The notes: generated by a model from the letters alone, not told the origin. Counted from the stretch's first letter, positions 10,891 to 23,701 are shown. The stretch: DNA of 64,000 bases from an uncultured delta proteobacterium (GCA_963755125.1 CAVWIP010000015.1:32001-96000), one strand, 5' to 3'. Made by a program: numbers and translations.

Positions 10891-11889
10891 GTGACGTTGC
10901 CACTTTGTGACCGATTTCCTGGGACCAAGCGCCTCGCCCATGTGGCGCTTGGTCGCTTCCCCACACCGGTCGAGCCAGCGCCGAGGTTGGCTCGGCGGCT
11001 TGGCATACAGTCCCTCTTCGTCAAGCGGGACGACATCTCAGGCGACGCCTACGGCGGAAACAAGGTTCGCAAGCTGGAGTTTCTCCTGGGCCAGGCGCTG
11101 GTCGAGAACCGGCGTGCGGTGATCACCTTCGGAGCGGTCGGCTCCAATCACGTGCGAGCGACGGCAGTCTACGGCGGGCAAGTGGGGCTGCAGGTGCATG
11201 CCGTGCTTGCCCCGCAACCGTCCACGCCCAATCTGGAGGCGAACCTGTCCGCCGATCGGGCTGCCGGCGCCACTTTGCACTTCGTCGATTCATACGGCCA
11301 GGCGCTCAGTCGCGGCGCCGAGTTGCGCGACGAGATCGCACGGCGCGATGGGATTGAGCCGTTCGTCATTCCCTTCGGCGGAACCAACGCGCGAGGAACC
11401 ATCGGGTTCGTGAACGCGGCGATCGAGCTGGCCGGACAGATTGACGCCGGCGCGCTGCCGGAGCCAGACCTCATCTATGTCCCATATGGCTCGACCGGGA
11501 CAGCCAACGGGCTGGCCATCGGACTGGCAGCGGTGGGACTACGAACTTCCGTGATCGGCGTGCGCGTCGTCCCGGCCGAGTCCACCAACCCCGTGCGCAG
11601 CAGGCGTATCATGGAGGAAGCGGTCGCCTTGCTGCACGAACTCGATGCTGGCTTCCCGTCGCTGAAGCCGGAAGGCGTGGCGCTCGCAGTCCGTGACGGC
11701 TTTCTCGGCGACGGATACGCGGCGGCCACGGCGGAGAGTGAGGAGGCGGTGTCCCTGGCGGAAGCAAACAACATTCACATCGAGACGACCTACACCGGCA
11801 AGGCACTGGCCGCCCTGGTCGCCGACACCGGGGCCGGCAAGCTAGCCGGGAAGACGGCGCTGTTCTGGAACACGTACAATTCGCGCTGA
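10891..11889 (+). CDS. PLP-dependent D-cysteine desulfhydrase/ACC deaminase family protein
   Basis: FVKRDD, GGNKVRKLEF, SNH, GSTGT, YTGKA. Confidence 0.9.
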   Translation: MTLPLCDRFPGTKRLAHVALGRFPTPVEPAPRLARRLGIQSLFVKRDDISGDAYGGNKVRKLEFLLGQALVENRRAVITFGAVGSNHVRATAVYGGQVGLQVHAVLAPQPSTPNLEANLSADRAAGATLHFVDSYGQALSRGAELRDEIARRDGIEPFVIPFGGTNARGTIGFVNAAIELAGQIDAGALPEPDLIYVPYGSTGTANGLAIGLAAVGLRTSVIGVRVVPAESTNPVRSRRIMEEAVALLHELDAGFPSLKPEGVALAVRDGFLGDGYAAATAESEEAVSLAEANNIHIETTYTGKALAALVADTGAGKLAGKTALFWNTYNSR

Positions 11890-12174
11890 ATGGCGGGCCA
11901 GACGCGCGGGTCGGCTACAGTCGGCCGCCGGCTCATCTCCCTGTTGATCGGTGAGCGTCAGACTTCTTGAAAAGGGTTCATTCCCAACGGGTTCGGACAT
12001 CCACGGCAAAAGGCGCTGGCTGTGAACGAGATCACCGACTGATTGGGCGAACCGAATGCCGGCGCCATGGGCGCGCCGCGTCGTCTCCGGCCGTGGGAAC
12101 GGCTGAAGCGTAGAAAAATCCCTTCGATGTTTCTTGTTTCTTGGCGCAATAATCCGCGGCGAGGACTTGCCAAG

Positions 12175-13857
12175 ATGGCGCTCGCGACCGGACAAACCTT
12201 TGGGAATTATCAGGTCGTGCGTTTGGTCGGCGAGGGCGGCTTCGGCGAAGTGTACGAGGCCCAGAACCAGTTCTTACAGCGACGGGCAGCCATCAAGGTT
12301 CTGCACAAGGGGATGGGGGAGGATCCGGAGCTGGTACGCCGGTTCCTCAACGAGGCGCGGGCCGCGAGCGCGATTCGCCACCCGAACATCATCGAGGTGC
12401 TCGACGCCGGCGTAACCCCGGAGGGCGAACCGTACATCTTGATGGAATTCCTGGAAGGGGATTCGCTGCACAGGCTGCTGCTGCAGCAGGGGCGGATGCC
12501 GGTTCGCATGGTGCAGGAAGTTGCGCGCCAGGCTGGCTCCGCGCTGGCGGCTGCCCATGCGGCGGGAATCGTGCACCGCGATCTCAAACCCGAGAATGTA
12601 TTCCTGATGCCGGACCCAGCCTCGCCCATGGGTATTCGCGTGAAGGTTCTGGATTTCGGCATCGCCAAGGTCAGGCTGCGCGGGGCCTTCGGCTCCACCG
12701 TGAGGACCCAGACCGGTATGGTCATGGGCAGTCCAGCGTATATGTCGCCCGAGCAGTGCCGCGACAGTTCCGACGTCGATCATCGATCCGACATCTATTC
12801 GCTCGCCGTGATGGTCTACGAGATGCTGGCAGGCGTGCCGCCCTTCGCATCCCCGTCTACAACCGGGATGTTCCTCCTGCAGATTACCGCAAGTCCTACT
12901 CCGTTGCGGTCGCAGGTTCCCGATGTTCCCGACTACATCGAGCAAGCGGTGATGCGCTCTCTGTCGAAAGAGCGCGAGCAGCGCTACGACCGCGTGGACT
13001 ACTTCGTGGGCGCGCTGCTTGGCACCTATCCCGCGCTCACCAACCAGGGGAGCGCCGTGTTTGCGGGAAAGGACTCCGCGAATCCGACAGGCACGGTCGT
13101 GTACTCCGCCACGAACCCGGGCAATCGCCCACCGCCTTCTCCCGCGGTGGGTTTGGCGCGGGCAAGCGCTGCCGAGCCGTCCCCGGCGTCCGTCGTCGCG
13201 CCAGGTGCAAGCGTCACCATCCTTTCCCATGCCACCAGAGAGGCGGCATCGCCGCCAGCCGCCTCGGTGAGAGATGTGCATGTGCAAAGCCTCAGCGACG
13301 CGGTCTCGTCGCCCGCTGCTTCTGTGAGCGATGTGCACGTGCAAGGTGCTCGAAGCAGGAAATGGCCGATCTTCGCAGCTGTCGGTGCTGTTGCCGCTGG
13401 GCTCGCCCTCCTGCTTGTTCTTCGCCCGGGCGCATCCCCCGCGCCGGTCGTGGCTGCTCGACCCACCGTTGGCGAGAATGCCGCTCGTGTTGCGCCAAGT
13501 GTGGCTGCAAGCGCGATGGTTCTCGTGCGCGTCAGCAGCTCGCCTGCGGGTGCGACCGTGATGGACGCCAAGGAGGGAGCGGCCCTCGGCCAGACCCCAT
13601 TCGAAAAATCCTACCCACAGGGCCATGGCGTGCTGGGGGTGGTTCTGCGCTTGGCCGGCTACCAGGACAAACCCGTTACCATCGGCCTTGACGCGAACTC
13701 GTCCACATCAGTAGATCTGGCACCGAACGCCGCTGGTCGCCCCGACGTAGCGAACAGACCCGCGGCGAGACGTGCCGAACATCCGGCTGAGGTAGGGGCG
13801 CGCAAGACGCCACTCAAGATAATGCAAGGAAAGGAAGAAAGATGGCGCGTTCACTGA
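12175..13857 (+). CDS. Ser/Thr protein kinase with TM helix and PEGA-like domain
   Basis: GEGGFGEV, AIK, HRDLKPEN, DFG, GSPAYMSPEQ; TM helix; VSSSPAGATV. Confidence 0.92.
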   Translation: MALATGQTFGNYQVVRLVGEGGFGEVYEAQNQFLQRRAAIKVLHKGMGEDPELVRRFLNEARAASAIRHPNIIEVLDAGVTPEGEPYILMEFLEGDSLHRLLLQQGRMPVRMVQEVARQAGSALAAAHAAGIVHRDLKPENVFLMPDPASPMGIRVKVLDFGIAKVRLRGAFGSTVRTQTGMVMGSPAYMSPEQCRDSSDVDHRSDIYSLAVMVYEMLAGVPPFASPSTTGMFLLQITASPTPLRSQVPDVPDYIEQAVMRSLSKEREQRYDRVDYFVGALLGTYPALTNQGSAVFAGKDSANPTGTVVYSATNPGNRPPPSPAVGLARASAAEPSPASVVAPGASVTILSHATREAASPPAASVRDVHVQSLSDAVSSPAASVSDVHVQGARSRKWPIFAAVGAVAAGLALLLVLRPGASPAPVVAARPTVGENAARVAPSVAASAMVLVRVSSSPAGATVMDAKEGAALGQTPFEKSYPQGHGVLGVVLRLAGYQDKPVTIGLDANSSTSVDLAPNAAGRPDVANRPAARRAEHPAEVGARKTPLKIMQGKEERWRVH

Positions 13858-14879
13858 GGGTCATCTTGCTCGGCTTCGTGGTTGCTGGCTCGGCGTTGAA
13901 CCTACCCACGGCAACCGGAGTTGCGTCGGCCGCCGAACTCGACAAAAAGAGCAACGCCGATGCCAACGAGGCACTCGGCCTCTATAAAGAGGGTCGCTAC
14001 GAGGAAGCGGCCAAGATATTCGTGAGACTCAGCGTTGCCCACCCCGATATGTTGGTGTTTGTGCGCAACATCGGCGCTTGTTATTACTATTTGCGCCGCA
14101 ATGATCCGGCTCTTTCCAACTTGCGGGAATACCTGGCTCGCAAGAAGAACATCACGGCCGACGATCGCGCCGAGGTGGAGGGCTGGATCGCCGAGCTGGA
14201 GCATCTTCGCAGACAGGCCGCTACGCCGCCGGCGTCCGTCGCAGCCCCATCGCTGCCCGCACCGACATCGCCGGCCGCCACGGCGCCAGCGCCTCCGCCC
14301 CTAGCGCCCTCCGCTGCAGCGACGGCGTCTGGCCTTCCGCCCACGTCTTCGCCAGCGCCGCAGCCGGGTGTTTCCGCGTATCCCATGGTTGGGCAAAATG
14401 GCTCTCAGCCTGTGGGGGTGCAAAACGCCTCCCAGCCTGCATATCCCCAGACCCAGAATGTCCCCCAGCCAGCCACTCAGCCTCCACTAGCCCGGCCAGT
14501 CGTCCCCGCAACTCAGGGTCAGGCTGCGCCCGCCGCCTCATTGGGCGTGGAGGTGGCCACCCAGATGCCGGCCAGCAACAACAGTGCAGCCTGGATCGTT
14601 GGAGGCATTGGGGTCGCGCTGGTGGCGACAGGCGGAGTCTTCACTTTGCTATCGCAAAGTGCGTTTTCCGATACCGCAAAACGATACAATCCCGGCAGGG
14701 AAAGCTCGGGGAAGACCTACGCCGACGTCGCGGCGGTATCTTACGGCATGGGCGCGGCTGGCGTGGCGACGGCGGTCATCATGATGGCGATCAGGGGTCA
14801 TCGCTCATCCAACTCTCTGGCGCTGGCGCCGGTTGTGGGCCCCGATGCAGTGGGCGCCCTGATTCACTACACATACTAG
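13842..14879 (+). CDS. Exported TPR protein with Pro-rich linker and Gly-rich hydrophobic C-terminus
   Basis: Signal peptide, TPR-like helices (ALGLYKEGRYEEAA, NIGACY), overlaps the kinase stop. Confidence 0.75.
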   Translation: MARSLRVILLGFVVAGSALNLPTATGVASAAELDKKSNADANEALGLYKEGRYEEAAKIFVRLSVAHPDMLVFVRNIGACYYYLRRNDPALSNLREYLARKKNITADDRAEVEGWIAELEHLRRQAATPPASVAAPSLPAPTSPAATAPAPPPLAPSAAATASGLPPTSSPAPQPGVSAYPMVGQNGSQPVGVQNASQPAYPQTQNVPQPATQPPLARPVVPATQGQAAPAASLGVEVATQMPASNNSAAWIVGGIGVALVATGGVFTLLSQSAFSDTAKRYNPGRESSGKTYADVAAVSYGMGAAGVATAVIMMAIRGHRSSNSLALAPVVGPDAVGALIHYTY

Positions 14880-14894
14880 GGGAGACGGAACATC

Positions 14895-15479
14895 ATGGAA
14901 CGATCGGCGTTGGCGTGTGCGGCTGCACTGTTGTTTGGCTGTAGTCCGGACTACAAGAGCGGCAGTACGGAATGCAGTGCGGACGGGAAGTGCCCGGCTG
15001 GCTATATATGTGGCGGCGCGAGTACAGTCGGAGCCCCGGATGTCTGCTACAGCCGAAGCAAAGCTCAGTGCGACGCTTCTGACTTCTATTACTGTCCCGC
15101 GTCGAAAAGCTGTTGGTCAAGCAAGGTGGCCTGTGACACGTTTGTCGACTGCGGAAATGGCAAAGCATCCGCTTGCGTCACGGAGGGCTATGTGGCCAAT
15201 TGCTCTGGCTCGGGCCAGTGCACAGCTCCTGGCGGTCTGTGCGGCATAGCGACAGGCGATACCGTCTGCACAACCTGCGACAAGCAATCCTGTTGCTCTC
15301 AGTTTACCGCTTGCGTGGATCTACCCGCCTGCTCGAGTCTGGTGAGCTGTCTCCAGCCCTGCGCGAACAACGACACCGCGTGCATGAATAACTGCAACAC
15401 CAGCTATCCGGGGGGCGTTTCGACCTTGGCGGCGTGGTCAACATGTTTGGACAACTCGTGCAGCGCGAGTTGCAACTGA
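14895..15479 (+). CDS. Cys-rich lipoprotein
   Basis: RBS GGAG, lipobox LFGC, very high Cys content. Confidence 0.8.
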   Translation: MERSALACAAALLFGCSPDYKSGSTECSADGKCPAGYICGGASTVGAPDVCYSRSKAQCDASDFYYCPASKSCWSSKVACDTFVDCGNGKASACVTEGYVANCSGSGQCTAPGGLCGIATGDTVCTTCDKQSCCSQFTACVDLPACSSLVSCLQPCANNDTACMNNCNTSYPGGVSTLAAWSTCLDNSCSASCN

Positions 15480-15495
15480 AGGCAAGGCTTGGTCG

Positions 15496-15585
15496 CTAGA
15501 CCAGGCTGCGCAGGAAGGTCAGCGCGGGAGCAACCCGGATTCCGTCGGGAGTGACGTAGTCCTTCTTCCCAGTGGCCGAGACTCC
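15496..15585 (-). pseudogene. 3' gene remnant, resembling the C-terminus of AAA/DUF4143 ATPases
   Basis: Orphan peptide VSATGKKDYVTPDGIRVAPALTFLRSLV* with no credible start; family assignment from recall only. Confidence 0.35.
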
Positions 15586-15641
15586 ACCCACTTGGCCAGA
15601 TCCCTCTCGATGGGCTAGATAGCGTCCTGCTCGGCGTTTCG

Positions 15642-17861
15642 CTACTTCTTCCCGCGCTTGCCGCTCTTCTTGCCCTTCTTGGCTTTGCCGGCCTTTTCTG
15701 TTTTGGCTTTGCTCCGTGATGGTATGCCGTTCGGATAGAGCATCCCCATGCTCGCATTGGCCAGCGCAACGTCCACTTGCGCCCAGAAACGGTGATAAGT
15801 GAAGCGGGGTGGGGGACCGCCCTGCAAATACGCCTCCACTTTGGGCCACGCGGGATCGGTCTTGTACTTCGAGCGGATGCTGATGAAGGTGGAACTGGGC
15901 TCGATGCGGTCGCCGTTGGGCATCACGCCCTGCCAATCCGCGGGCACGAAGATCGGATCGCCGAAGCGTTTGTAGTCGACGCGCGCTTCTTCACTGGCCA
16001 CGCCCTTTGGGGTCCAGTATTTCTTCCACATCCGGTCGAGCAATTCCTTGGCCAGCCGCGCGGCCGCGCGATCACCGGACTTGGCCGAATAGAAGAGCAG
16101 GGCGCGCGCGGTTGCGCCGGTTACGCCCACGTCCTGACTGTGGTCCTTGACCTTTACGTGCAGGGTCTTGTTGTAACCGGCGTCTTTGTCATTCCAGTTC
16201 TGGGTCTTCTCGTTCCAATTGAGTTGCGGCTGGCCGGTCCACTGTAGTGTTGATGGAATGGCAAAGCTGCCATCCTTGCCCAGCTTGGTGTTGGCCAGCA
16301 CCCACTTGACCCAGCGGTCGAGCACGATCTTGGCTTTCGCCTCCCCCGTCACGTAATAAAGCTGCGCCACGCGGTCCATGGTCCAGGCCTGGAAGCCGAA
16401 CCATTCGTTGCTGGGCGGGTCGGCGTAGACCGGCGCCTCGTCGTAGGCCATCTTGTAGAAGGTGGTGGTGCCCGCGGGCGGCACGGCGTAGCGGCCGCGC
16501 CAGCTATTGGTCGCGCCGCCGGCCATGCCACCCTCGGCGGATTGCAGCCAGCGATAGAACTCGAGCTGGCGGCCCAGGCTTGTTGTCCAGTCGCGCGTGG
16601 CGTTCGGGGACGCGGGCTTGAAGTCCTTCTCTTTGGCCAGCACGTAGGCCGCAAACGGATTCTGATAGCCACTGTGCGAGGCGCTGGCGCCAATTCGCCA
16701 CGACCAGCCCGCTGCCTTGGCCGTGGATCCGCCCCAGGCGTAGTACCACGACAGCAGGTAGTGGGCCGCGCCGTAACCCTCGGCCGCCGGGCAGCTCGGA
16801 TCCTGACAGCCCATTTCCTTGAAATACTTATCGAACAGGGCGTAGCGAAGATAGTCGCCCATCTTGGACGCCTTCTTGACCAGGCCGTCGACCGCGCTGC
16901 CCGAGCCTTGCTCGTCGGCCCAGCGCTTGGCCCAGTACATGGCCTGCACCGCGCGCGCGTCGGCATCGGGAGCGTCGGTGTACTTCCACTGGCGCGCGTA
17001 GCCGCCGTCCTGCTTCACGAACAGGTCGAGAAAACCATTGTCGCCGCCGAACTGGAAGTCATCCCAGCACGGCTGGGGGATGGCTTCCCACACCGATTCC
17101 TGCATGCCACGCTGAAATGTGTTGATGGGCGCCGGGTGGGACACGCGATCGCCGCGCCGGCCGAAGCCGTAGAAATTGTCGATGTCGATGATCCAGTGCA
17201 TGCCGTAGATGAAGGGCGAGCCGTACGCAGCTTGCAGCTCTTTCGCCAGGGGATCGTGACCCACCGGCGCCGCCGCGTCGAAGGGCACGGGGTAGGCGTT
17301 GGGCAGATCCTCCTCGGGCGCGTAGACCGCCGGGTGGGTATCGGCGTACGAGCCCACGGTGGGTTGATCGTCGGGCGTGGGGATGAGATACGCCTCCAGA
17401 TTTTCCCAGGCATGGTCGAGCGGCTTCCAGTCTTTGGCGATCTTGCCGTAAGTGGCCTCCAGCCACAGCCAGTAGCTGTACGCCTCGGAGGTTGTGTGAT
17501 GCCCGTAATCGGGCGCCTCGACCAGCAGGGTTTCCGCCGCGTGGTACGGCATGCCCTCGGGGCTGAAGTAGCCGTTGGCAGGGGAGTGCAGGGCGTTCCA
17601 GTGGGCAATGAAGCGATCCGTGTACTCGTTGCCGGTCTTGCCCGGGTGCTGCGGCGGAACGAAAGGCGTGGGCTTGGGGAACTCGACCGGCTCAACCGGT
17701 CCGGCCGCGGGCTTGGCGGCGCCCGATCGCGCCGTCGCACGCGGCGAGCGCGCACGCGGGGGCCGCGGAGCGGCCTGCTGCTGCGACACTGTCTGCAAGC
17801 AGGAGAGCTGAAGCACCCCCGCGACGCCGAGCACAAGGGCGGATAGACGGGCTACTCGCAT
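15642..17861 (-). CDS. Glycoside hydrolase family 48 cellulase, predicted lipoprotein
   Basis: EAPDYGHHTTSEAYSY, YGMHW, INTFQRG, QESVWE, YTDAPDADAR, GGATNSW, YHRFWAQ; lipobox-like LSC. Confidence 0.95.
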   Translation of the reverse strand: MRVARLSALVLGVAGVLQLSCLQTVSQQQAAPRPPRARSPRATARSGAAKPAAGPVEPVEFPKPTPFVPPQHPGKTGNEYTDRFIAHWNALHSPANGYFSPEGMPYHAAETLLVEAPDYGHHTTSEAYSYWLWLEATYGKIAKDWKPLDHAWENLEAYLIPTPDDQPTVGSYADTHPAVYAPEEDLPNAYPVPFDAAAPVGHDPLAKELQAAYGSPFIYGMHWIIDIDNFYGFGRRGDRVSHPAPINTFQRGMQESVWEAIPQPCWDDFQFGGDNGFLDLFVKQDGGYARQWKYTDAPDADARAVQAMYWAKRWADEQGSGSAVDGLVKKASKMGDYLRYALFDKYFKEMGCQDPSCPAAEGYGAAHYLLSWYYAWGGSTAKAAGWSWRIGASASHSGYQNPFAAYVLAKEKDFKPASPNATRDWTTSLGRQLEFYRWLQSAEGGMAGGATNSWRGRYAVPPAGTTTFYKMAYDEAPVYADPPSNEWFGFQAWTMDRVAQLYYVTGEAKAKIVLDRWVKWVLANTKLGKDGSFAIPSTLQWTGQPQLNWNEKTQNWNDKDAGYNKTLHVKVKDHSQDVGVTGATARALLFYSAKSGDRAAARLAKELLDRMWKKYWTPKGVASEEARVDYKRFGDPIFVPADWQGVMPNGDRIEPSSTFISIRSKYKTDPAWPKVEAYLQGGPPPRFTYHRFWAQVDVALANASMGMLYPNGIPSRSKAKTEKAGKAKKGKKSGKRGKK

Positions 17862-18601
17862 CCCACGAACTCCACATCATCGATCCAGATATCGAAGGCT
17901 GCGCCCGGGGTGTTCACCTGCCACTGGATACCGAAGAGCTTGCTCTTGTCGATGCTGTGTCGTCGGGGCGAGCCCCAGTCAGGCAGTTGCCGCATCTTCT
18001 TGAACGGGAACACGAATCGCTGCCAGGCCTCGGTCAGAGTGAGATCCATGCCGAAGTCGTTGAAGCACTCCCGGCACACGCCGCCCGCCGGATCCGTGCT
18101 GACATCGGGAACCTTGAGTCGCACCTTGGCGATCGAGCCCGCACCGATGCGCGCCCAGAATGCCAGTCCGTTGTAGTGAGAGGCATCGTAGGGGCCCTTG
18201 GGATCCACGAAATTCACGCCCACGCCGCCGCCAAAGGAATCGCTTCCACCGGCGACCTTCCCGTGCACGTTGGCCGCGTACTTCGAGCCATGCGCCCCGC
18301 CGGGCGTCATGCTAAAGGTGCCGCCGTTCTCGCCGGCCTCGGGGACCACGGTCGACCCTTGCTTGTCGACGAACGTGTACCAGTAGCCGTTGCGGCCGTC
18401 GCGCACCACCACCTGGTTGTTGCCGTCTTCGCCGTTGTCAATCAGCCCGTCCGCACACGTGTCGAGCGCGACCGCGCTGTTGCCAAGCGCGGGTTTTTGG
18501 CCCGGCATGATGCATGCGGGCAAAAACAGCAGCGCGGCCAGGACCAGCAGGTGGGTTGACGAGAAAGTGTTCTGTTGCCGAAATCGCCAGTGGTTTTTCA
18601 C
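17852..18601 (-). CDS. Carbohydrate-binding (CBM11/CIA30-like) lipoprotein
   Basis: Lipobox [28 protein letters not shown]; overlaps GH48 start by 10 nt. Confidence 0.75.
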   Translation of the reverse strand: MKNHWRFRQQNTFSSTHLLVLAALLFLPACIMPGQKPALGNSAVALDTCADGLIDNGEDGNNQVVVRDGRNGYWYTFVDKQGSTVVPEAGENGGTFSMTPGGAHGSKYAANVHGKVAGGSDSFGGGVGVNFVDPKGPYDASHYNGLAFWARIGAGSIAKVRLKVPDVSTDPAGGVCRECFNDFGMDLTLTEAWQRFVFPFKKMRQLPDWGSPRRHSIDKSKLFGIQWQVNTPGAAFDIWIDDVEFVGCE

Positions 18602-18841
18602 GCCCGCACAATACCCGACCCTCGCAAATTGGGAAAGATGGGGATCGCGCGCCCACGATCCGACTCTGCGGTCTCCCCGCTCCCGTCTGTGTTCTCAACG
18701 CGGGTGGCTGGTAAGCCGGACGCGCCCCCTTCCCGGCGCTCCCGAACAAAGAACTATGCAGAAATTCGCGTCGCCGATCGGCCCTTGATACGATCGCGGC
18801 CAGCGTTTCGGCTGCCAGCCGCTGCGCAGAAAGGGCCGCCC

Positions 18842-21361
<2,520 letters not shown>

Positions 21362-21374
21362 CGCAAGTTGGTGG

Positions 21375-23513
21375 TCACGCGAGCGGCGCGCCCGCTGGGC
21401 GGCCGTCGACCAGCAAGTTGTGAATCCGCTGCGCGAGTTCGTCCACGTCGAACGGTTTGACCACATGGCCGGCAAAGCCCGCCTCGTGCGTGCGTTTCAG
21501 GTCGTCCGGTCCCCCGAGAGCGGTCACTGCGAGGGCTGGGATCGACGCACAGCCCGCTAGCAGGCGCGCGCCTCGCAAGAATTGATAGCCGTCGATGCCA
21601 GGCAGGCCGATGTCGACCAGGAGCACGCCCGGCCGTTCCCGGCCAAGCCAGTCCAGAGCTGCCTCGCCGGTCGCACAGGTTGCGACCGAGTAGCCCCGCA
21701 TGCCCAGGCAGGTGGCGACCATCTCGCGGGCGTCGTCATTGTCTTCGATGACCAAGATGCGGGGCCCGGCTGGCGCGAGCGGTGCAGGCGCCTCGACGTT
21801 CGGCGGCGGCGCGATGGTGGGTAACTCGACGATGAAACGCGCTCCCCGCCCCTGACCCTCGCTTTCCACCCGAGCCGTGCCCCCGTGCAACTCTACCAGC
21901 GACCGAACGATCGATAATCCAATACCCATACCAGCCGGTCGGGAAGCTCCCGCAGAGCTCTGCACGAAGGGCGCGAACAGGCGCGGTAGCAGTTCGGGCT
22001 CGATGCCGACGCCTGTATCCTCAACACTGAAACACGCGCTGTCACCCTGGCGTTGCAGGCGCGCGGTGACTCGCCCTCCCGTCGGGGTGAACTTGATTGC
22101 GTTCGACAAGAGATTCAGGGCGACCTGACTCATGCGTGTGGCGTCCGCGCTCACCCACAGGCCGGGTTCAAATGTGCCCTCCAGGTGCAGCCCTGAACGC
22201 CTCGCATCCTCGTGCATGGTACCCAGGAGTTGCACCAGCAGGCGGCTGAGGTCCAGGGGCTTGCGCTCGATGTTCAGCGTGCCTCGTGCTGCGCGCGCCA
22301 GATCGAGCAGGTCGTCCACCAGGCGTGCCACGTGCCGTGTGTTTCTTTCGATGATGCGCAAAGCATTTTGCACGCGATCATCTGCGGGCGCGCTGGCCTT
22401 GAGCATCTGCACCGCCATGGTTATGGGCGACAAAGGGTTGCGCAATTCGTGCGACACCACCGCCAGGAAGCGATCCTTGGCCCGGTTCGCTTCCTGGGCC
22501 TCGGCCAGGGCCGCGTGTTCGCGCGCCAGCGCTTCTTGCCGCTCGCGTTCAACGCGATGGCGCTCCGTCTGATCGAGGACGAACGCGACGACGCGCCCTC
22601 TGCTGGCATCCATGAGCGCGCCGCCCATGACGACGTGTACGCGCGTTCCGTCCTTGCGTACCCACTCGACTTCCCAGGCTTTGCCCGAGCCTTGCGCCAG
22701 CAGTCGCTGCACGGTCGTCGGCTGTTCCGCCACCTCTCCGGGTGGTGCCATCTCGGGCCAGTGGATCCGGCCTGAAATCAGATCTTTGCGATTGAAGCCG
22801 ACCATGTCCAGGTACGCGTCGTTGGCGTCGAGAATGCGTCCTTCCAGGTCGGCCACCACGAAGCCGACCACGTTCGAATCCATCAGGCGGTGCAAGGCCT
22901 CGTCGCGCCGGCGCAGAACATCCTCGGAGCGCGCCTGTTGTATCTCCAGGGCCACCCGCGGCGCGAAGAAGAGCAGCACCGACTCGGCAAACTCCACGTC
23001 GTCCAGGTCGCGGCGAAACAGGCCCACCAAGATCCCGATGCTCTTGCCATCGGCGTCGCGCAAGGGCACGCCCACGTAGGCGTGAATCCCCATCTCGGCC
23101 AGCAGTGTGTCCTCGGGGAACAGGCGCACCACATCCTTGCTGTGCGCGTACACCCGGTTCGCGATGACCTGGGCGCATGGGGTTCCAGCCAGACAGTACG
23201 AGAACGGCTCGGCACGCTTGCCGTCACCGAAGACCGAGACGATTTCCATGTTGGTGCCGTCGACGCTGAGCTGGCCGACGAAGGCCACGTCGGCGCCCAG
23301 CACGGTGGCCAGACGCGCGGTCAGCGTATCGAAAAACGCTGCACCCCGCTGACTGGAACTCTCATCGTTCACCATGCGGATCGCATCGAACAGGCGCTGC
23401 TGCCAGGCCTGCCATTCCAGCAGCTGATCGATACGAGCTTGCAGATCGCCAGCAAGCTCGCCGGATTCCCGCGTCTCACGCGTCGGCCAAGCAGACCTTT
23501 GACTCGCGTTCAT
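21375..23513 (-). CDS. Cytoplasmic GAF-PAS hybrid histidine kinase with receiver
   Basis: GAF (AYVGVPL), PAS, SHELRNPL, NAIKFT, GMGIGL, receiver EDNDD...DIGLP...KP. Confidence 0.9.
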   Translation of the reverse strand: MNASQRSAWPTRETRESGELAGDLQARIDQLLEWQAWQQRLFDAIRMVNDESSSQRGAAFFDTLTARLATVLGADVAFVGQLSVDGTNMEIVSVFGDGKRAEPFSYCLAGTPCAQVIANRVYAHSKDVVRLFPEDTLLAEMGIHAYVGVPLRDADGKSIGILVGLFRRDLDDVEFAESVLLFFAPRVALEIQQARSEDVLRRRDEALHRLMDSNVVGFVVADLEGRILDANDAYLDMVGFNRKDLISGRIHWPEMAPPGEVAEQPTTVQRLLAQGSGKAWEVEWVRKDGTRVHVVMGGALMDASRGRVVAFVLDQTERHRVERERQEALAREHAALAEAQEANRAKDRFLAVVSHELRNPLSPITMAVQMLKASAPADDRVQNALRIIERNTRHVARLVDDLLDLARAARGTLNIERKPLDLSRLLVQLLGTMHEDARRSGLHLEGTFEPGLWVSADATRMSQVALNLLSNAIKFTPTGGRVTARLQRQGDSACFSVEDTGVGIEPELLPRLFAPFVQSSAGASRPAGMGIGLSIVRSLVELHGGTARVESEGQGRGARFIVELPTIAPPPNVEAPAPLAPAGPRILVIEDNDDAREMVATCLGMRGYSVATCATGEAALDWLGRERPGVLLVDIGLPGIDGYQFLRGARLLAGCASIPALAVTALGGPDDLKRTHEAGFAGHVVKPFDVDELAQRIHNLLVDGRPAGAPLA

Positions 23514-23701
23514 GGCTCCCCCCGGCGCGATCATACCGCCGAATTCATCCCTGGCGAGTCCTGTTTTGGGCCTCAGGTCGCGGTGCGACAGGCAGCGAGG
23601 CCGGTGGCTGGAGCGCAGGTGGATGTCTCGCAAGAGCCGATCTTCACAAGCGCTGCTTTTGACCCTCGGCGACCGACCGACTTCTGTGCGACAATAGACG
23701 C

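Noticed and set aside
18575..18841. N-terminal extension of Lon (likewise 1358, 12043, 29439 and 39830 for other genes)
   Set aside because: Open-frame run-ons without domain features; better starts lie downstream.
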